DNA of 64,000 nucleotides from Candidatus Anstonellales archaeon (GTDB taxonomy: Archaea; Micrarchaeota; Micrarchaeia; Anstonellales; J096), in the NCBI GenBank assembly GCA_038890615.1, contig JAWAFI010000001.1, positions 465,536 through 529,535 on the forward strand, given 5' to 3'. Below the pieces are notes generated by a model that saw only the letters and a program-made list of their open reading frames with translations, was not told where the DNA came from and searched no databases. Positions 1 through 8,943 of this stretch are shown one piece after another. Positions within the stretch are counted from its first letter, which is position 1; each line of letters opens with the position of its first letter. A program made the translations under genes and the position numbers.

Positions 1-756
1 CACCTCTTTTTTGTCCCTCCTCTCAATATCCTCCTGCTTCCCATATTTTGTTATAGGGTCAAACTTCAGTAGCTCAGCAGCAGAGTAAAAAGGCACCTCA
101 AAGCGCTCTGCTATTAGCGCTATTGGGTAGGTGCCAATCTTGTTGACTAAAGACCCTGCTGAATTTATGGCATCAGCCCCTACAAGCACAAGGTCTGCCT
201 TGCGAAGGTAAAGGTGGGCTGCGTTGTCAACAACAAGGGTTGTATGTATGCCTTCTGCTGTAAGCTCCTTGGCTGTAATCCTTCCCTGGAACTTCGGCCT
301 TGTTTCTGTTGCAACAACCCTGAAGTTTTTACCCTGCCTGTATGCTTCCTTGAATATTGAAGTAACTGTTGAGGAATGGCAATGGGTAAGCACACGGTAG
401 TCCTCTTCTATCAACGATGCGCCATACTGTGCTATGAGCTCTTTTGAGCGAGCCATGCCCTTTTTCACTTCTTCGTAGTAGCTTGAAACTACAACTTTTG
501 CCCTCTCTACATTTGCACTCCTCTTCGCGCGCTCAAGAGCATTCCGGAGCACATTCCTTAGCATTGGCTCTGTTGGCCTTAGCTCTGCAACAGCATTGGC
601 AAATTCAATTAGCTCGCCAACAAACTGCTCCTTGCCCTTTTTTGAAGATTTTTTGGCAACAATTGAGAGCGCCCTAAGTCCCTCCATAGCCACATTCCTT
701 GCCCCCTGTATCTCCAAGTCTTTTATCTTCCTAAGTATAAGTTGCTCCTCTTCCAT
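1..756 (-). CDS. eIF-2B alpha/beta/delta (e2b2) family protein; candidate ribose-1,5-bisphosphate isomerase. The gene runs off the window start on its 3' side.
   Basis: Own minus-strand translation from ATG (rc of 754-756): MEEEQLILRKIKDLEIQGARNVAMEGL...VLTHCHSSTV...LVGADAINSAGSLVNKIGTYPIALIAERFEVPFYSAAE. The conserved Cys and GADAI..NKIGT core are typical of the family. It is absent from the ORF track because no stop lies inside the window. Confidence 0.7.
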   Translation of the reverse strand, partial: MEEEQLILRKIKDLEIQGARNVAMEGLRALSIVAKKSSKKGKEQFVGELIEFANAVAELRPTEPMLRNVLRNALERAKRSANVERAKVVVSSYYEEVKKGMARSKELIAQYGASLIEEDYRVLTHCHSSTVTSIFKEAYRQGKNFRVVATETRPKFQGRITAKELTAEGIHTTLVVDNAAHLYLRKADLVLVGADAINSAGSLVNKIGTYPIALIAERFEVPFYSAAELLKFDPITKYGKQEDIERRDKKEV

Positions 757-789
757 GCCCTTATAAAGAAACCTAATTTTTAAAAGGCA

Positions 790-1335
790 TTGTGTAACTC
801 ATTTATGCTTTTTATTACAGGGAACCCAGGAAAAGCAAAGGAAGCGCGCGAGATACTGGGCATAAGAATAGTACAGAAAGACATCGGGTTGCAAGAGATA
901 AGGGCTGATAGGGTAGAGGATGTTGCGCAAAGGAAGGCAGAGGATGCCTATTCTATCCTGAAGAAGCCTCTCATAGTGGAGGATTCAGGGCTTTTCATAA
1001 AGGCCCTGAACGGCTTCCCAGGCACTTGCTCTTCATATGTGTTCAAAACTATTGGGATAAAGGGAATACTCAAGCTTATGGAGGGGGTGAAGGACAGGAA
1101 GGCTGAGTTTAGGTGCGCTGTTGGCTATGCAAGCTCAAAGGGGATTAAGGTTTTTGTTGGCACTACAGAAGGCTCTATTGCTCTCCATCCAAAAGGGAAA
1201 AATGGGTTTGGCTTTGACCCTATTTTCATACCTGAAGGCTCCAAAAAAACCTATGCTGAAAGCATAGTTTTAAAAAACCTGAGTTCTCATAGGCATAACG
1301 CACTAAAGCAGCTCGCTTTATATATGAGGGATTAA
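790..1335 (+). CDS. Ham1/ITPase-family non-canonical purine NTP pyrophosphatase (likely true start MLFITGNPGKAKEA at 805)
   Basis: The FITGNPGKAKE N-terminus, the internal EDSGL and the GFGFDP motif are Ham1/RdgB hallmarks. Confidence 0.8.
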   Translation: MCNSFMLFITGNPGKAKEAREILGIRIVQKDIGLQEIRADRVEDVAQRKAEDAYSILKKPLIVEDSGLFIKALNGFPGTCSSYVFKTIGIKGILKLMEGVKDRKAEFRCAVGYASSKGIKVFVGTTEGSIALHPKGKNGFGFDPIFIPEGSKKTYAESIVLKNLSSHRHNALKQLALYMRD

Positions 1336-1788
1336 ATGGCAAGAATGCATAGCAAGAAGAAAGGCAAGAGCAGCAGGGGAGTTCCCAAAAGGGCTGTACC
1401 TGCAGAGTGGGCTTTGCCCAAGAAAGAAGTAGAAGCCATAATATTGAAGTTAGCAAAGCAGGGGAAGAGCGCAACCCAAATAGGGCTTGAGCTTAGGGAC
1501 AAGCATGGAATCCCTGATGTAAGGACAATCATAGGGATGCGCCTTAGGGCTTTCCTGCAAAAGGAAAATGCAGCGCACCAGATACCTGATGACCTTCTCA
1601 AGCTCATAGAGAAGGCAGTGAAGATGAGGAAGCACCTTAAGGCGCACAAAGGGGATGTGCACAACAAGTCAAAGCTGATCCGCGCTGAATCAAAGATAAG
1701 AAGGCTGGTTAAATATTACGTAAGGGAGGGAAAGCTCCCTGCAGGATGGAAGTACATTCCTGAAGAGGCAGCACTGCTGGTGAGATAA
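1336..1788 (+). CDS. rps15: 30S ribosomal protein S15 (uS15, S13e type)
   Basis: MARMHSKKKGKSSRG... is the archaeal/eukaryotic S13e-type N-terminus. It is 150 aa and forms an rps15-rps3ae pair. Confidence 0.9.
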   Translation: MARMHSKKKGKSSRGVPKRAVPAEWALPKKEVEAIILKLAKQGKSATQIGLELRDKHGIPDVRTIIGMRLRAFLQKENAAHQIPDDLLKLIEKAVKMRKHLKAHKGDVHNKSKLIRAESKIRRLVKYYVREGKLPAGWKYIPEEAALLVR

Positions 1789-2384
1789 TGGCAAAGATGG
1801 TTGACAAATGGAAGGCAAAGAAGTGGTATTCAGTACATGCGCCAAAATGGTTTTTTGATGGCAAGGAATTCGCTGAATTAATTTCCTCTGACGAGTCAAA
1901 CATAATTGGCAGGAAAATAGAGGCAAAGCTTTCTGATTTCATAGGCATGAAGGATGTTTCTGCTGTGTACAAGAGCCTTGTTTTCAGGGTTTCGGAGGTG
2001 TCTGCAAAGGCAGTTGGCACAGAGCTTATAGAGTACTCACTTTCCCCTGCCTATGTAAGGACTCTGGCAAGGAGGAGAAGGAGCCTTTTCTACGAGACAG
2101 TTGACGCTGAAACAAAGGATGGAGTAAAAGTAAGGGTGAAGGTAGTGGCAGTAGGGGGGAGCAGGCTAAGCCAGAACACCAAGAAAAACTTCAGGAACGA
2201 GATGCAGAAGATTATAAAGCAAGAGGTAGCCAAGTTCAGCCTACCTGATTTCGTTGATGAGTTCATAACGGGAAGGTTTTCAGGTGGCATCTACAACCAG
2301 CTCAAGAAGATAGCGCCTATTTTCGCATTTGAGCTCAGGAAGGTAGTTTTCAGCTACAACAAAGCCGAGGAAGGAAAGGATTAG
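1788..2384 (+). CDS. rps3ae: 30S ribosomal protein S3Ae (eS1)
   Basis: MAKMVDKWKAKKWYSVHAPKWF is the S3Ae signature. It is 198 aa and overlaps the rps15 stop. Confidence 0.9.
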   Translation: MAKMVDKWKAKKWYSVHAPKWFFDGKEFAELISSDESNIIGRKIEAKLSDFIGMKDVSAVYKSLVFRVSEVSAKAVGTELIEYSLSPAYVRTLARRRRSLFYETVDAETKDGVKVRVKVVAVGGSRLSQNTKKNFRNEMQKIIKQEVAKFSLPDFVDEFITGRFSGGIYNQLKKIAPIFAFELRKVVFSYNKAEEGKD

Positions 2385-2699
2385 ATGTTCGACCCCCGCT
2401 CAATGCAGAAGATGATGAAGCAAATGGGCATAAAGTCAGAACAGGTAGAAGCAGAGAGGGTAGTAATAGAGTGCAAGGATGAGAATATAGTAATAGAAAA
2501 GCCCTCAGTGGTGCAGATTAGCGCCCAGGGCCAGGAATTCTTCCAGGTAAGCGGGTCTATTAAGAAAGAAGCAAAGGTGAACGAAGAGGATGTAAAGCTG
2601 GTAATGGAAAAGGCAGGTGTTGATAGGGAAAAGGCAATCGAGGCGCTTTCAAACTCAGGAAGCATAGCAGAAGCCATAATCCTTTTAAAGCAATCCTGA
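2385..2699 (+). CDS. nac: Nascent polypeptide-associated complex alpha subunit (NAC domain plus C-terminal UBA)
   Basis: MMKQMG...VVIE...PSVVQISAQGQEFFQVSG is a NAC fold. The C-terminal EKAIEALSNSGSIAEAIILL is a UBA domain. Confidence 0.8.
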   Translation: MFDPRSMQKMMKQMGIKSEQVEAERVVIECKDENIVIEKPSVVQISAQGQEFFQVSGSIKKEAKVNEEDVKLVMEKAGVDREKAIEALSNSGSIAEAIILLKQS

Positions 2700-2710
2700 A
2701 TAAGCCATTC

Positions 2711-5056
2711 ATGACAATAAAATGGTTTTCTGAACTGAGAAAAGAGGATGTAGGCATAGTAGGGGGCAAGGGGGCGAACCTCGGAGAAATGAGCGCAGCA
2801 GGATTCCCAATACCTCTTGGGTTTGTGGTGACAGCTGAAGCCTACAGGCAATTCCTTGAGCACAACAAAATAGTACAGCCAATAAAGGGAATTCTGGACA
2901 TGCTTGATGTCAACAGTGCTAGCGACCTAAGCAGGGCTTCTGAAACAATAAAGAAGATGATAATTTCAGGTGAGATACCTAAGGAGATAGAAAGATCAAT
3001 ATTGCAGGCATACGAGAAGCTTTGCAGGGCAAGGAATGAGGAGGTGTTCGTTGCTGTAAGGAGCTCTGCGACTGCAGAGGACATACCTCAGGCGAGCTTT
3101 GCAGGCCAGCAGGCGTCATTTCTCAATGTAAGAGGGCCTGAGAATGTTGTTGCAGCTGTGAAGGAATGCTGGGCATCGTTATTTGAGCCAAGGGCAATAT
3201 TCTACAGGGTGCAGCATGGCTTCAAGCATATGGATGTGGCAATCGCAGTTGTTGTGCAGGAGATGGTAAACGCAGATAGGTCAGGAGTTGCTTTCACCGT
3301 AGACCCCCTAACTGGCGATGAAGATGTCATTGTGATAGAGGCAGCTTTTGGGCTTGGGGAGGTTGTTGTTGGAGGGCTTATAACGCCCGATACTTACAAA
3401 GTAAGGAAGAGCACGCTTTCGCTAATTGAGAAAAGGGCAGGTGTGCAGGATTTCATGATTGTGTGCAACGATCAGGGGAGGAACGAGAAGGAATACCTCT
3501 CAAAGGAAAGCGGTGGGAGGCAGAAGCTTAGGGATGAGGAGATACTGGCGCTTGCTGCAATAGTAAAGGATATAGAGGAGCACTACAAGTTTCCGCAGGA
3601 TATAGAGTGGGCCACTGAAAAAGGAAACATATTCATAGTGCAGTCAAGGCCAATAACCACACTTGCAAAGAAGGCAGATTACAAGCCTGCTGTTGAGGCA
3701 ACTGCTAAAAAGGAGGAAAAGGTAGAAGTGGAGTTTGAAGGCCCTTCCAAAAAAGAGGCGAAAAAAGAAGAGGTTTCATCTCAAGAGATAGTGCTTAAAG
3801 GGCTTGGTGCATCCCCTGGCTTCGCTACAGGTCCAGCAAAGGTGCTTAAGTCACAGCAAGAAATAGGCAAGATAGTGAGTGGGGATATACTTGTTGCAAA
3901 GATGACTAGCCCTGACTATGTACCTGCAATGAAAAAGGCGTGCGCCATTATCACTGATGAAGGTGGGATGACATCGCATGCAGCCATAGTAAGCAGGGAG
4001 CTTGGGATACCATGCGTGGTTGGCACAGGCAACGCAACTAGCTCCCTTAAAGAAGGGGAGATATTTACTGTTGATGGGACAAAAGGGCTTGTTTATATAG
4101 GGAAGAGGGTAGAGGTGAAAGAAGAGAAGGCAGTTAGCACAGGTAAGGTCATAACAGGGACTAAAATATATGTCAATGTGACAGACCCTGAAATTGCAGA
4201 AAGGGTTGCAAAGATGGATGTTGATGGGGTAGGGCTCTTAAGGGCTGAGTTCATGATCGCTTCTATGGGCAAGCATCCGCAGAAGTTTGTGGAAGAAGGG
4301 AAGCAGGATGAATTCATAGATAACCTTGCTTCCAACCTTAGGAGGATAGCAGCTGCTTTCTACCCAAGGCCTGTTGTTTACAGGGCAAATGACTTCAAAT
4401 CCAATGAGTACAGGAACCTTGAGGGAGGGAGCAAGTACGAGCAGGAAGAGGAGAACCCAATGATGGGGTACAGGGGGGCATTCAGGTACATTGATGATCC
4501 TTCTGTCTTCAGCATGGAGCTTAAGGCAATAAAAAAAGTAAGGGACGAATACAAGCTAAAGAACCTTTGGCTCATGATTCCTTTTGTAAGGACGGTCAAC
4601 GAGCTCAGGGTAATAAAGGAGATGATAGCCCAGCATGGGCTGAAAAGGGACAACGATTTCAAGCTCTGGATAATGGTTGAGGTGCCTAGCACTGTGTTCC
4701 TTATAGACAGGTTTTGCGAAGAGGGCATAGATGGCATTTCAATAGGCACCAATGATCTTACTCAGCTTGTGCTTGGCATAAGCAGGGACAACGCAAGGCT
4801 TGCGCGCGACTTTGATGAGAGGAACGAAGCAGTGCTCAGGGCAGTGGAGCAGGTTGTAAAGATCACAAGGAAGTATGGGGTCACTTCTTCGCTCTGCGGC
4901 CAGGCGCCATCAGTTTACCCTGAATTTGCAGCGCAGCTTGTCAACTTCGGCATAACAAGCGTTTCTGTCAATCCTGATGCTGCTGAAAGGACAAGAGCCA
5001 TAGTTGCCTCTGCTGAGATGAAACTGCTGCTTGAAAGGGCGAGAGATAATCAATGA
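2711..5056 (+). CDS. ppsA: Phosphoenolpyruvate synthase (pyruvate, water dikinase)
   Basis: It has an N-terminal PPDK_N ATP-grasp (GGKGANLGEM), a central phospho-His domain (GGMTSHAAIVSRELGIPCVVG) and a C-terminal PEP-utilising TIM barrel. A K/E-rich linker separates the domains. Confidence 0.9.
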   Translation: MTIKWFSELRKEDVGIVGGKGANLGEMSAAGFPIPLGFVVTAEAYRQFLEHNKIVQPIKGILDMLDVNSASDLSRASETIKKMIISGEIPKEIERSILQAYEKLCRARNEEVFVAVRSSATAEDIPQASFAGQQASFLNVRGPENVVAAVKECWASLFEPRAIFYRVQHGFKHMDVAIAVVVQEMVNADRSGVAFTVDPLTGDEDVIVIEAAFGLGEVVVGGLITPDTYKVRKSTLSLIEKRAGVQDFMIVCNDQGRNEKEYLSKESGGRQKLRDEEILALAAIVKDIEEHYKFPQDIEWATEKGNIFIVQSRPITTLAKKADYKPAVEATAKKEEKVEVEFEGPSKKEAKKEEVSSQEIVLKGLGASPGFATGPAKVLKSQQEIGKIVSGDILVAKMTSPDYVPAMKKACAIITDEGGMTSHAAIVSRELGIPCVVGTGNATSSLKEGEIFTVDGTKGLVYIGKRVEVKEEKAVSTGKVITGTKIYVNVTDPEIAERVAKMDVDGVGLLRAEFMIASMGKHPQKFVEEGKQDEFIDNLASNLRRIAAAFYPRPVVYRANDFKSNEYRNLEGGSKYEQEEENPMMGYRGAFRYIDDPSVFSMELKAIKKVRDEYKLKNLWLMIPFVRTVNELRVIKEMIAQHGLKRDNDFKLWIMVEVPSTVFLIDRFCEEGIDGISIGTNDLTQLVLGISRDNARLARDFDERNEAVLRAVEQVVKITRKYGVTSSLCGQAPSVYPEFAAQLVNFGITSVSVNPDAAERTRAIVASAEMKLLLERARDNQ

Positions 5057-5943
5057 GGATCCTGCTTCAGTTCCCTGAAGGCCTGAAGCCAGAGGCAAAG
5101 AAATATGCTGATGAGCTTGAGGCGCAGGGGCACATTGTAATCCTCCACTCATCCCCTTCTTACGGTGCATGCGATATCCCAATCGATGACGCGAAAAAGC
5201 TAGGGGCAGATAAGATAATCCATTTTGGGCATACAAGATACATAAAAGGTGATATTGGCATTGAGGTGGAGTATGTGCCAATAACAAAAGAGATGGATAT
5301 AGCACTGGTTGACAAGAGCATCCCTTTTCTTGAAGGGCACAAGGAATTCTCTCTGATTGCTACCTCTTCTTACCTAGGGCACTTGGAAAAAGTGAAGAAC
5401 AGGTACAATGAGCTCGGTAAAAAGGCAAACGTGCATAATGCCGATGTTGCATCACCTGGGCAGGTGCTTGGATGCGATGGAAGTGCTGCAAAGGACGCGT
5501 TGGTCGTATTCATAGGGGAAGGGCTTTTCCACCTAAAGGCTCTTGCAGGTAAGAAGGTTCTTTACATCCATCCTCCTTCTGGGAATATTGGCTGGGCAGA
5601 AGAAGAGCTTGAAAGGCATGCCAAAAGGAGGAAAGGGGCTCTTGCCAAAGCGCTTGAGGCAAAGACATTCGGCATTCTGGTGAGCACAAAGCCGGGCCAG
5701 TTTTCAATAGCAGCTGCTGAGCAGATTAAAGCAGAGCTTGGCGCGCTTGGCAGGGAAGCATACATAATAGCAGGGAATGAGCTTCTCCATTCATCAGTTT
5801 CAAACTATACATTCATAGATGCTTTCATAACAACTGCGTGCCCCCGCATGGCTGATGATGCAGAGGCTTTTGGCAAGCCAGTGCTTGACATAACCCTATG
5901 CAATGAGCTTATTGACCAGCTAAGGAATCACTTTGGAAAGTAG
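5053..5943 (+). CDS. dph2: Diphthamide biosynthesis protein Dph2 (2-(3-amino-3-carboxypropyl)histidine synthase)
   Basis: It shows the archaeal Dph2 three-domain pattern with conserved Cys (SSPSYGACD, TTACPRM). It overlaps ppsA by ATGA. Confidence 0.8.
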   Translation: MRILLQFPEGLKPEAKKYADELEAQGHIVILHSSPSYGACDIPIDDAKKLGADKIIHFGHTRYIKGDIGIEVEYVPITKEMDIALVDKSIPFLEGHKEFSLIATSSYLGHLEKVKNRYNELGKKANVHNADVASPGQVLGCDGSAAKDALVVFIGEGLFHLKALAGKKVLYIHPPSGNIGWAEEELERHAKRRKGALAKALEAKTFGILVSTKPGQFSIAAAEQIKAELGALGREAYIIAGNELLHSSVSNYTFIDAFITTACPRMADDAEAFGKPVLDITLCNELIDQLRNHFGK

Positions 5944-6560
5944 GTTTCAACCTTACTTCTGTCTATAAAGCTTGATATGTATCTTTCCTCTTCTTCAGTT
6001 TTTATTACAGGCTTGTCCGTCTTTTCAAAAGGAAGCATGTGCATATGGGTTATCTCTGGCTTCAACTCCTTGCAGTGGGAGATGTATTCTTGAGGGCTTT
6101 CACTCCAGAATCCTTGCGAAGGGTCGTAAAGTATCCTCTTTCCGTTGAGGTAAACTAAGAGTACTGCATGCTTTAGGTATTCAGTCCTACTTTCATGGCT
6201 CAACCCAAACACGACTATTGCTGGAAGGGCCTCAACACCCATGTCCCTTATCACTTGGAGGGCAACTGTTGCCTTTTCCATGCACTGCCCTGTGCCTGTT
6301 GTGAGCACCTCAAAAGAGCTGATAACTTGGTCATACTCGTAAGCATGCTCGCCGTTTATTGACCTAACCTTTATTGTAACTTTTTTTGCAATCTCCTCCA
6401 TTGTAATGTTCCTGTTTTCTGATTTGACATTTTTTGAGACCCATATGCGTATGTTGTTAGGCTGCCTCCCATTGTATATTTTAGTGTAGTAATTTTCGCT
6501 GATTGCGCAGGCAGCCAGCAGGATGATCGGCACAACACGCATGATCTTATGGAGCTTCAT
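5928..6560 (-). CDS. Secreted or membrane-anchored transglutaminase-like (Cys-His-Asp) domain protein. Start chosen at MKLHKIM.
   Basis: It has a signal/anchor MKLHKIMRVVPIILLAACA and a core GQCMEKATVALQVIRDMGVEA...HAVLLVY...YDPSQ resembling the transglutaminase-like cysteine protease triad. The upstream 30 aa of the listed ORF are Cys-rich noise. Confidence 0.45.
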   Translation of the reverse strand: MKLHKIMRVVPIILLAACAISENYYTKIYNGRQPNNIRIWVSKNVKSENRNITMEEIAKKVTIKVRSINGEHAYEYDQVISSFEVLTTGTGQCMEKATVALQVIRDMGVEALPAIVVFGLSHESRTEYLKHAVLLVYLNGKRILYDPSQGFWSESPQEYISHCKELKPEITHMHMLPFEKTDKPVIKTEEEERYISSFIDRSKVETYFPK

Positions 6561-6714
6561 ATTGCCACCCCATTCTGAATTCAGACAGCCCAAACAAACT
6601 CTTGCTCCAAGGGCTTTTTCCTGCCATGCTCGCCTATATATTATATGCATCCTTTTTTAATTATAACCTTTCTCAAACACAAAGCCTTTTAATACCCTAT
6701 CAGCAAAGCTTTTC

Positions 6715-7668
6715 ATGGGCAGCTCAGAGGCACTTAACTATTGTTGGTCATCACTGCCTAATGTTTCGCGCTCTTTTGCGCTTACCATCCCTTACATAGA
6801 TGAGAGCATAAGGGACAAGGTGATGCTCGGCTACCTTGAAGCAAGGATCCTTGACACAATAGAGGATTCAGACATAGAAAAGGGCATGAAGCTCAGGCTC
6901 ATGGACCTATGGCTTTCAGTGCTAGCTGTTGAAAGGTGGAACGACAATGTTGTAAGGGCAATTGAAAAGAACCTTGATGAGCTTTCATGCGTTTGCAAGT
7001 TCATAGGGAATGAATACTACAAAGGTCTGATGCAGAATGCAAAGAAGGTAATAGAGGTGCACAAGGAGATGGGTGCTGGATTCTGGAAGATATGCTACAG
7101 GTGGTTCAACGAGATGAAGGAAGGGATGAAGGAGTTCCTTTCAAGGAGGATAGAGACATTTGAAGACCTTGACAGATATACTTACTATGTTGCAGGAACA
7201 GTAGGCGGTTTTCTAACAGATTTGGTTGCCCTTGAGATAAAAGACAGCTCGGTTGTTGAGAGGCTTAAGGAGGATGCAGAGGATGTTGGCATGTTCCTGC
7301 AAAAGGTGAATGTTATAAGGGACTACAGGGTTGACACGCTTGAAGGAAGGCACTTCTGGCCTGCAAAGCTGCTTGGCAACTACAGCTACGATGACTTGCT
7401 AAAGGAGGAGAACATGAGGGATTCCCTCAGGATACTCTCTGCAATGGTCAAGGAGGCAAGGAGGCATGTGCAAAGGTGCGAGAGATACATAAGCTCAATC
7501 CCAGAGAGGCTCAAAGGTTACCGCTCCTTTGTTGCTATCAATTATCTTATGGCGCTCCGCACCCTTGAAAAGGTTGAAGGAAACCCTGCGCTCTTCCTTT
7601 CTCAAGAGCCAGTGAAGATAGGCAGGGATGAGGTAAGCAGGATAATAAAGGAAGTAACAAAGTCTTGA
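6715..7668 (+). CDS. Squalene/phytoene synthase family (head-to-head trans-isoprenyl diphosphate synthase)
   Basis: VSRSFALTI, YCxxVAGTVG (YTYYVAGTVGGF) and DxxED-like motifs are characteristic of SQS/CrtB/HpnD. Confidence 0.75.
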   Translation: MGSSEALNYCWSSLPNVSRSFALTIPYIDESIRDKVMLGYLEARILDTIEDSDIEKGMKLRLMDLWLSVLAVERWNDNVVRAIEKNLDELSCVCKFIGNEYYKGLMQNAKKVIEVHKEMGAGFWKICYRWFNEMKEGMKEFLSRRIETFEDLDRYTYYVAGTVGGFLTDLVALEIKDSSVVERLKEDAEDVGMFLQKVNVIRDYRVDTLEGRHFWPAKLLGNYSYDDLLKEENMRDSLRILSAMVKEARRHVQRCERYISSIPERLKGYRSFVAINYLMALRTLEKVEGNPALFLSQEPVKIGRDEVSRIIKEVTKS

Positions 7669-7810
7669 AAGCTAGGATGAGAAAAGCCTGCTCACAAATA
7701 AATTTAAAAATCTTTTTGCAGTTAATTAATCCTTATGGGAAGAATGGTCGCTAAGGAAAAAACCATTCATGCATCCACTATCCTTAGCACCAGCTTTTTC
7801 TTTTGCTTTA

Positions 7811-7830
7811 GCGGCTAGCCCCCTAGCCGC
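7811..7830 (+). terminator. Perfect palindromic hairpin GCGGCTAG-CCCC-CTAGCCGC followed by a T-rich tract; possible terminator for the upstream gene or part of a small structured RNA
   Basis: It has an 8-bp stem and a 4-nt loop. A downstream tccctctcttttct tract follows, and it lies in an ORF-free 245-nt intergenic region. Confidence 0.3.
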
Positions 7831-7913
7831 TGTACGTCCCTCTCTTTTCTAAATATGTTCTTGTGGTTTTTATCCACCTAATTTCCTAACTAGAAAAGCA
7901 AGAAGGTGATGCT

Positions 7914-8186
7914 GTGAATAAGGTTGTTGCAAACAAGAAAGACGAAGCTCCTGCGAAAAAGGCAGGCGCTGCTAGGTGGGACCAAAGGTCCTTGGACAAG
8001 TGGCACGAGAGGCTGAAAGCGATGAGCTTGGATGAGATTATAGAAGAGAAAAAGCAGCTCGAGAATGATCTGGGCTCAGGCTCAGCAAAGGAAAAGAAAA
8101 ATACAGAAGAAAAGCTTAAAGTTTTGGAGGATGTTGCATATGAAAAGATAGAAGAGATTACAGGCACTCACGGCTGGGGATGCTAA
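7914..8186 (+). CDS. Small K/E-rich hypothetical protein
   Basis: It is a 90-aa ORF with a charged coiled-coil-like sequence and no recognisable domain. Confidence 0.35.
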   Translation: MNKVVANKKDEAPAKKAGAARWDQRSLDKWHERLKAMSLDEIIEEKKQLENDLGSGSAKEKKNTEEKLKVLEDVAYEKIEEITGTHGWGC

Positions 8187-8198
8187 CCCTTTTCATCT

Positions 8199-8732
8199 CT
8201 AGCTGACGAGTGCCTTCAGCACATCATGTGCAACTTCAACTGGAATTGCAAGGAAGAATTCGGCATTCCCTGGGCTTTTTTCTGTTGCTGGAACCAGCAC
8301 TTTGCTTGGGTCGCACTTTACTAATTCATTTCCATTTACTGGGTCATGGCTTAATTCGTACATGGGCAGCCTCATATAAAGGTTTTCTGATATCTTCTTT
8401 TTGTATATATGCATAGGGTTAAGGGGTACATATACTTCTTCGTTCTTGACCTCTACCATCAGTGCTGCGTACTGATTTAAGAGGAATGGGCTTCTAGAAA
8501 GCAAATAAGCCTCTGCTTCACCCAACTCCATCACTGCATGTACTCCATTCTCATCGCATTTGCACACTCCCAATACCTTTCTTTCCAGCTTTTGTGGTGG
8601 CTGTTCAGGTTCAACCTTGTAGTACTTGAACACCGCGCTTGGAGAAAGAAAACGCATGTTCTTCACCTGCTCAGCCAGCTTAACTACCTCAAGCTTAGGT
8701 CCTTTAACTGCATTTTCCTTCATTATTTTCAC
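8199..8732 (-). CDS. Hypothetical protein; possible C-terminal part of a degraded IS630/Tc1-like transposase
   Basis: It is a 177-aa ORF overlapping the upstream HTH ORF by 29 nt in another frame. No clean DDE triad is visible. Confidence 0.35.
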   Translation of the reverse strand: MKIMKENAVKGPKLEVVKLAEQVKNMRFLSPSAVFKYYKVEPEQPPQKLERKVLGVCKCDENGVHAVMELGEAEAYLLSRSPFLLNQYAALMVEVKNEEVYVPLNPMHIYKKKISENLYMRLPMYELSHDPVNGNELVKCDPSKVLVPATEKSPGNAEFFLAIPVEVAHDVLKALVS

Positions 8733-8943
8733 CTCTAAGCATCCTTTTGTAGAGCCAATATTTTTGCACAGCCCTCCAAACAGTCATTCTGGATAAGCCA
8801 AACATGGATGAGAGCTGCCTGAATGAATAAGGCCTTGAGCAATAGGCATCAAGCAGGTTTTCCAAAACCTCAGGGGTTATTGAGCATTTCCTCCCCCGCC
8901 TGTGCCCAGCATTAAAAAGAGTTTTTATTTTTTCGTGAGCCAA
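8704..8943 (-). CDS. Helix-turn-helix protein resembling the N-terminal HTH of IS630-family transposases
   Basis: ITPEVLENLLDAYCSRPYSFRQLSSMFGLSRMTVWRAVQKY matches the HTH_Tnp/winged-helix transposase pattern. It is 79 aa only. Confidence 0.4.
   Translation of the reverse strand: MAHEKIKTLFNAGHRRGRKCSITPEVLENLLDAYCSRPYSFRQLSSMFGLSRMTVWRAVQKYWLYKRMLRGENNEGKCS

Noticed and set aside
180-677. ORFs 180..395 (-) and 444..677 (+)
   Set aside because: They are alternative-frame or antisense shadows inside the e2b2-family gene that occupies 1..756 on the minus strand.
8210-8738. Plus-strand ORFs 8210..8416 and 8538..8738
   Set aside because: They are antisense to the 177-aa minus-strand ORF, with low-complexity translations.
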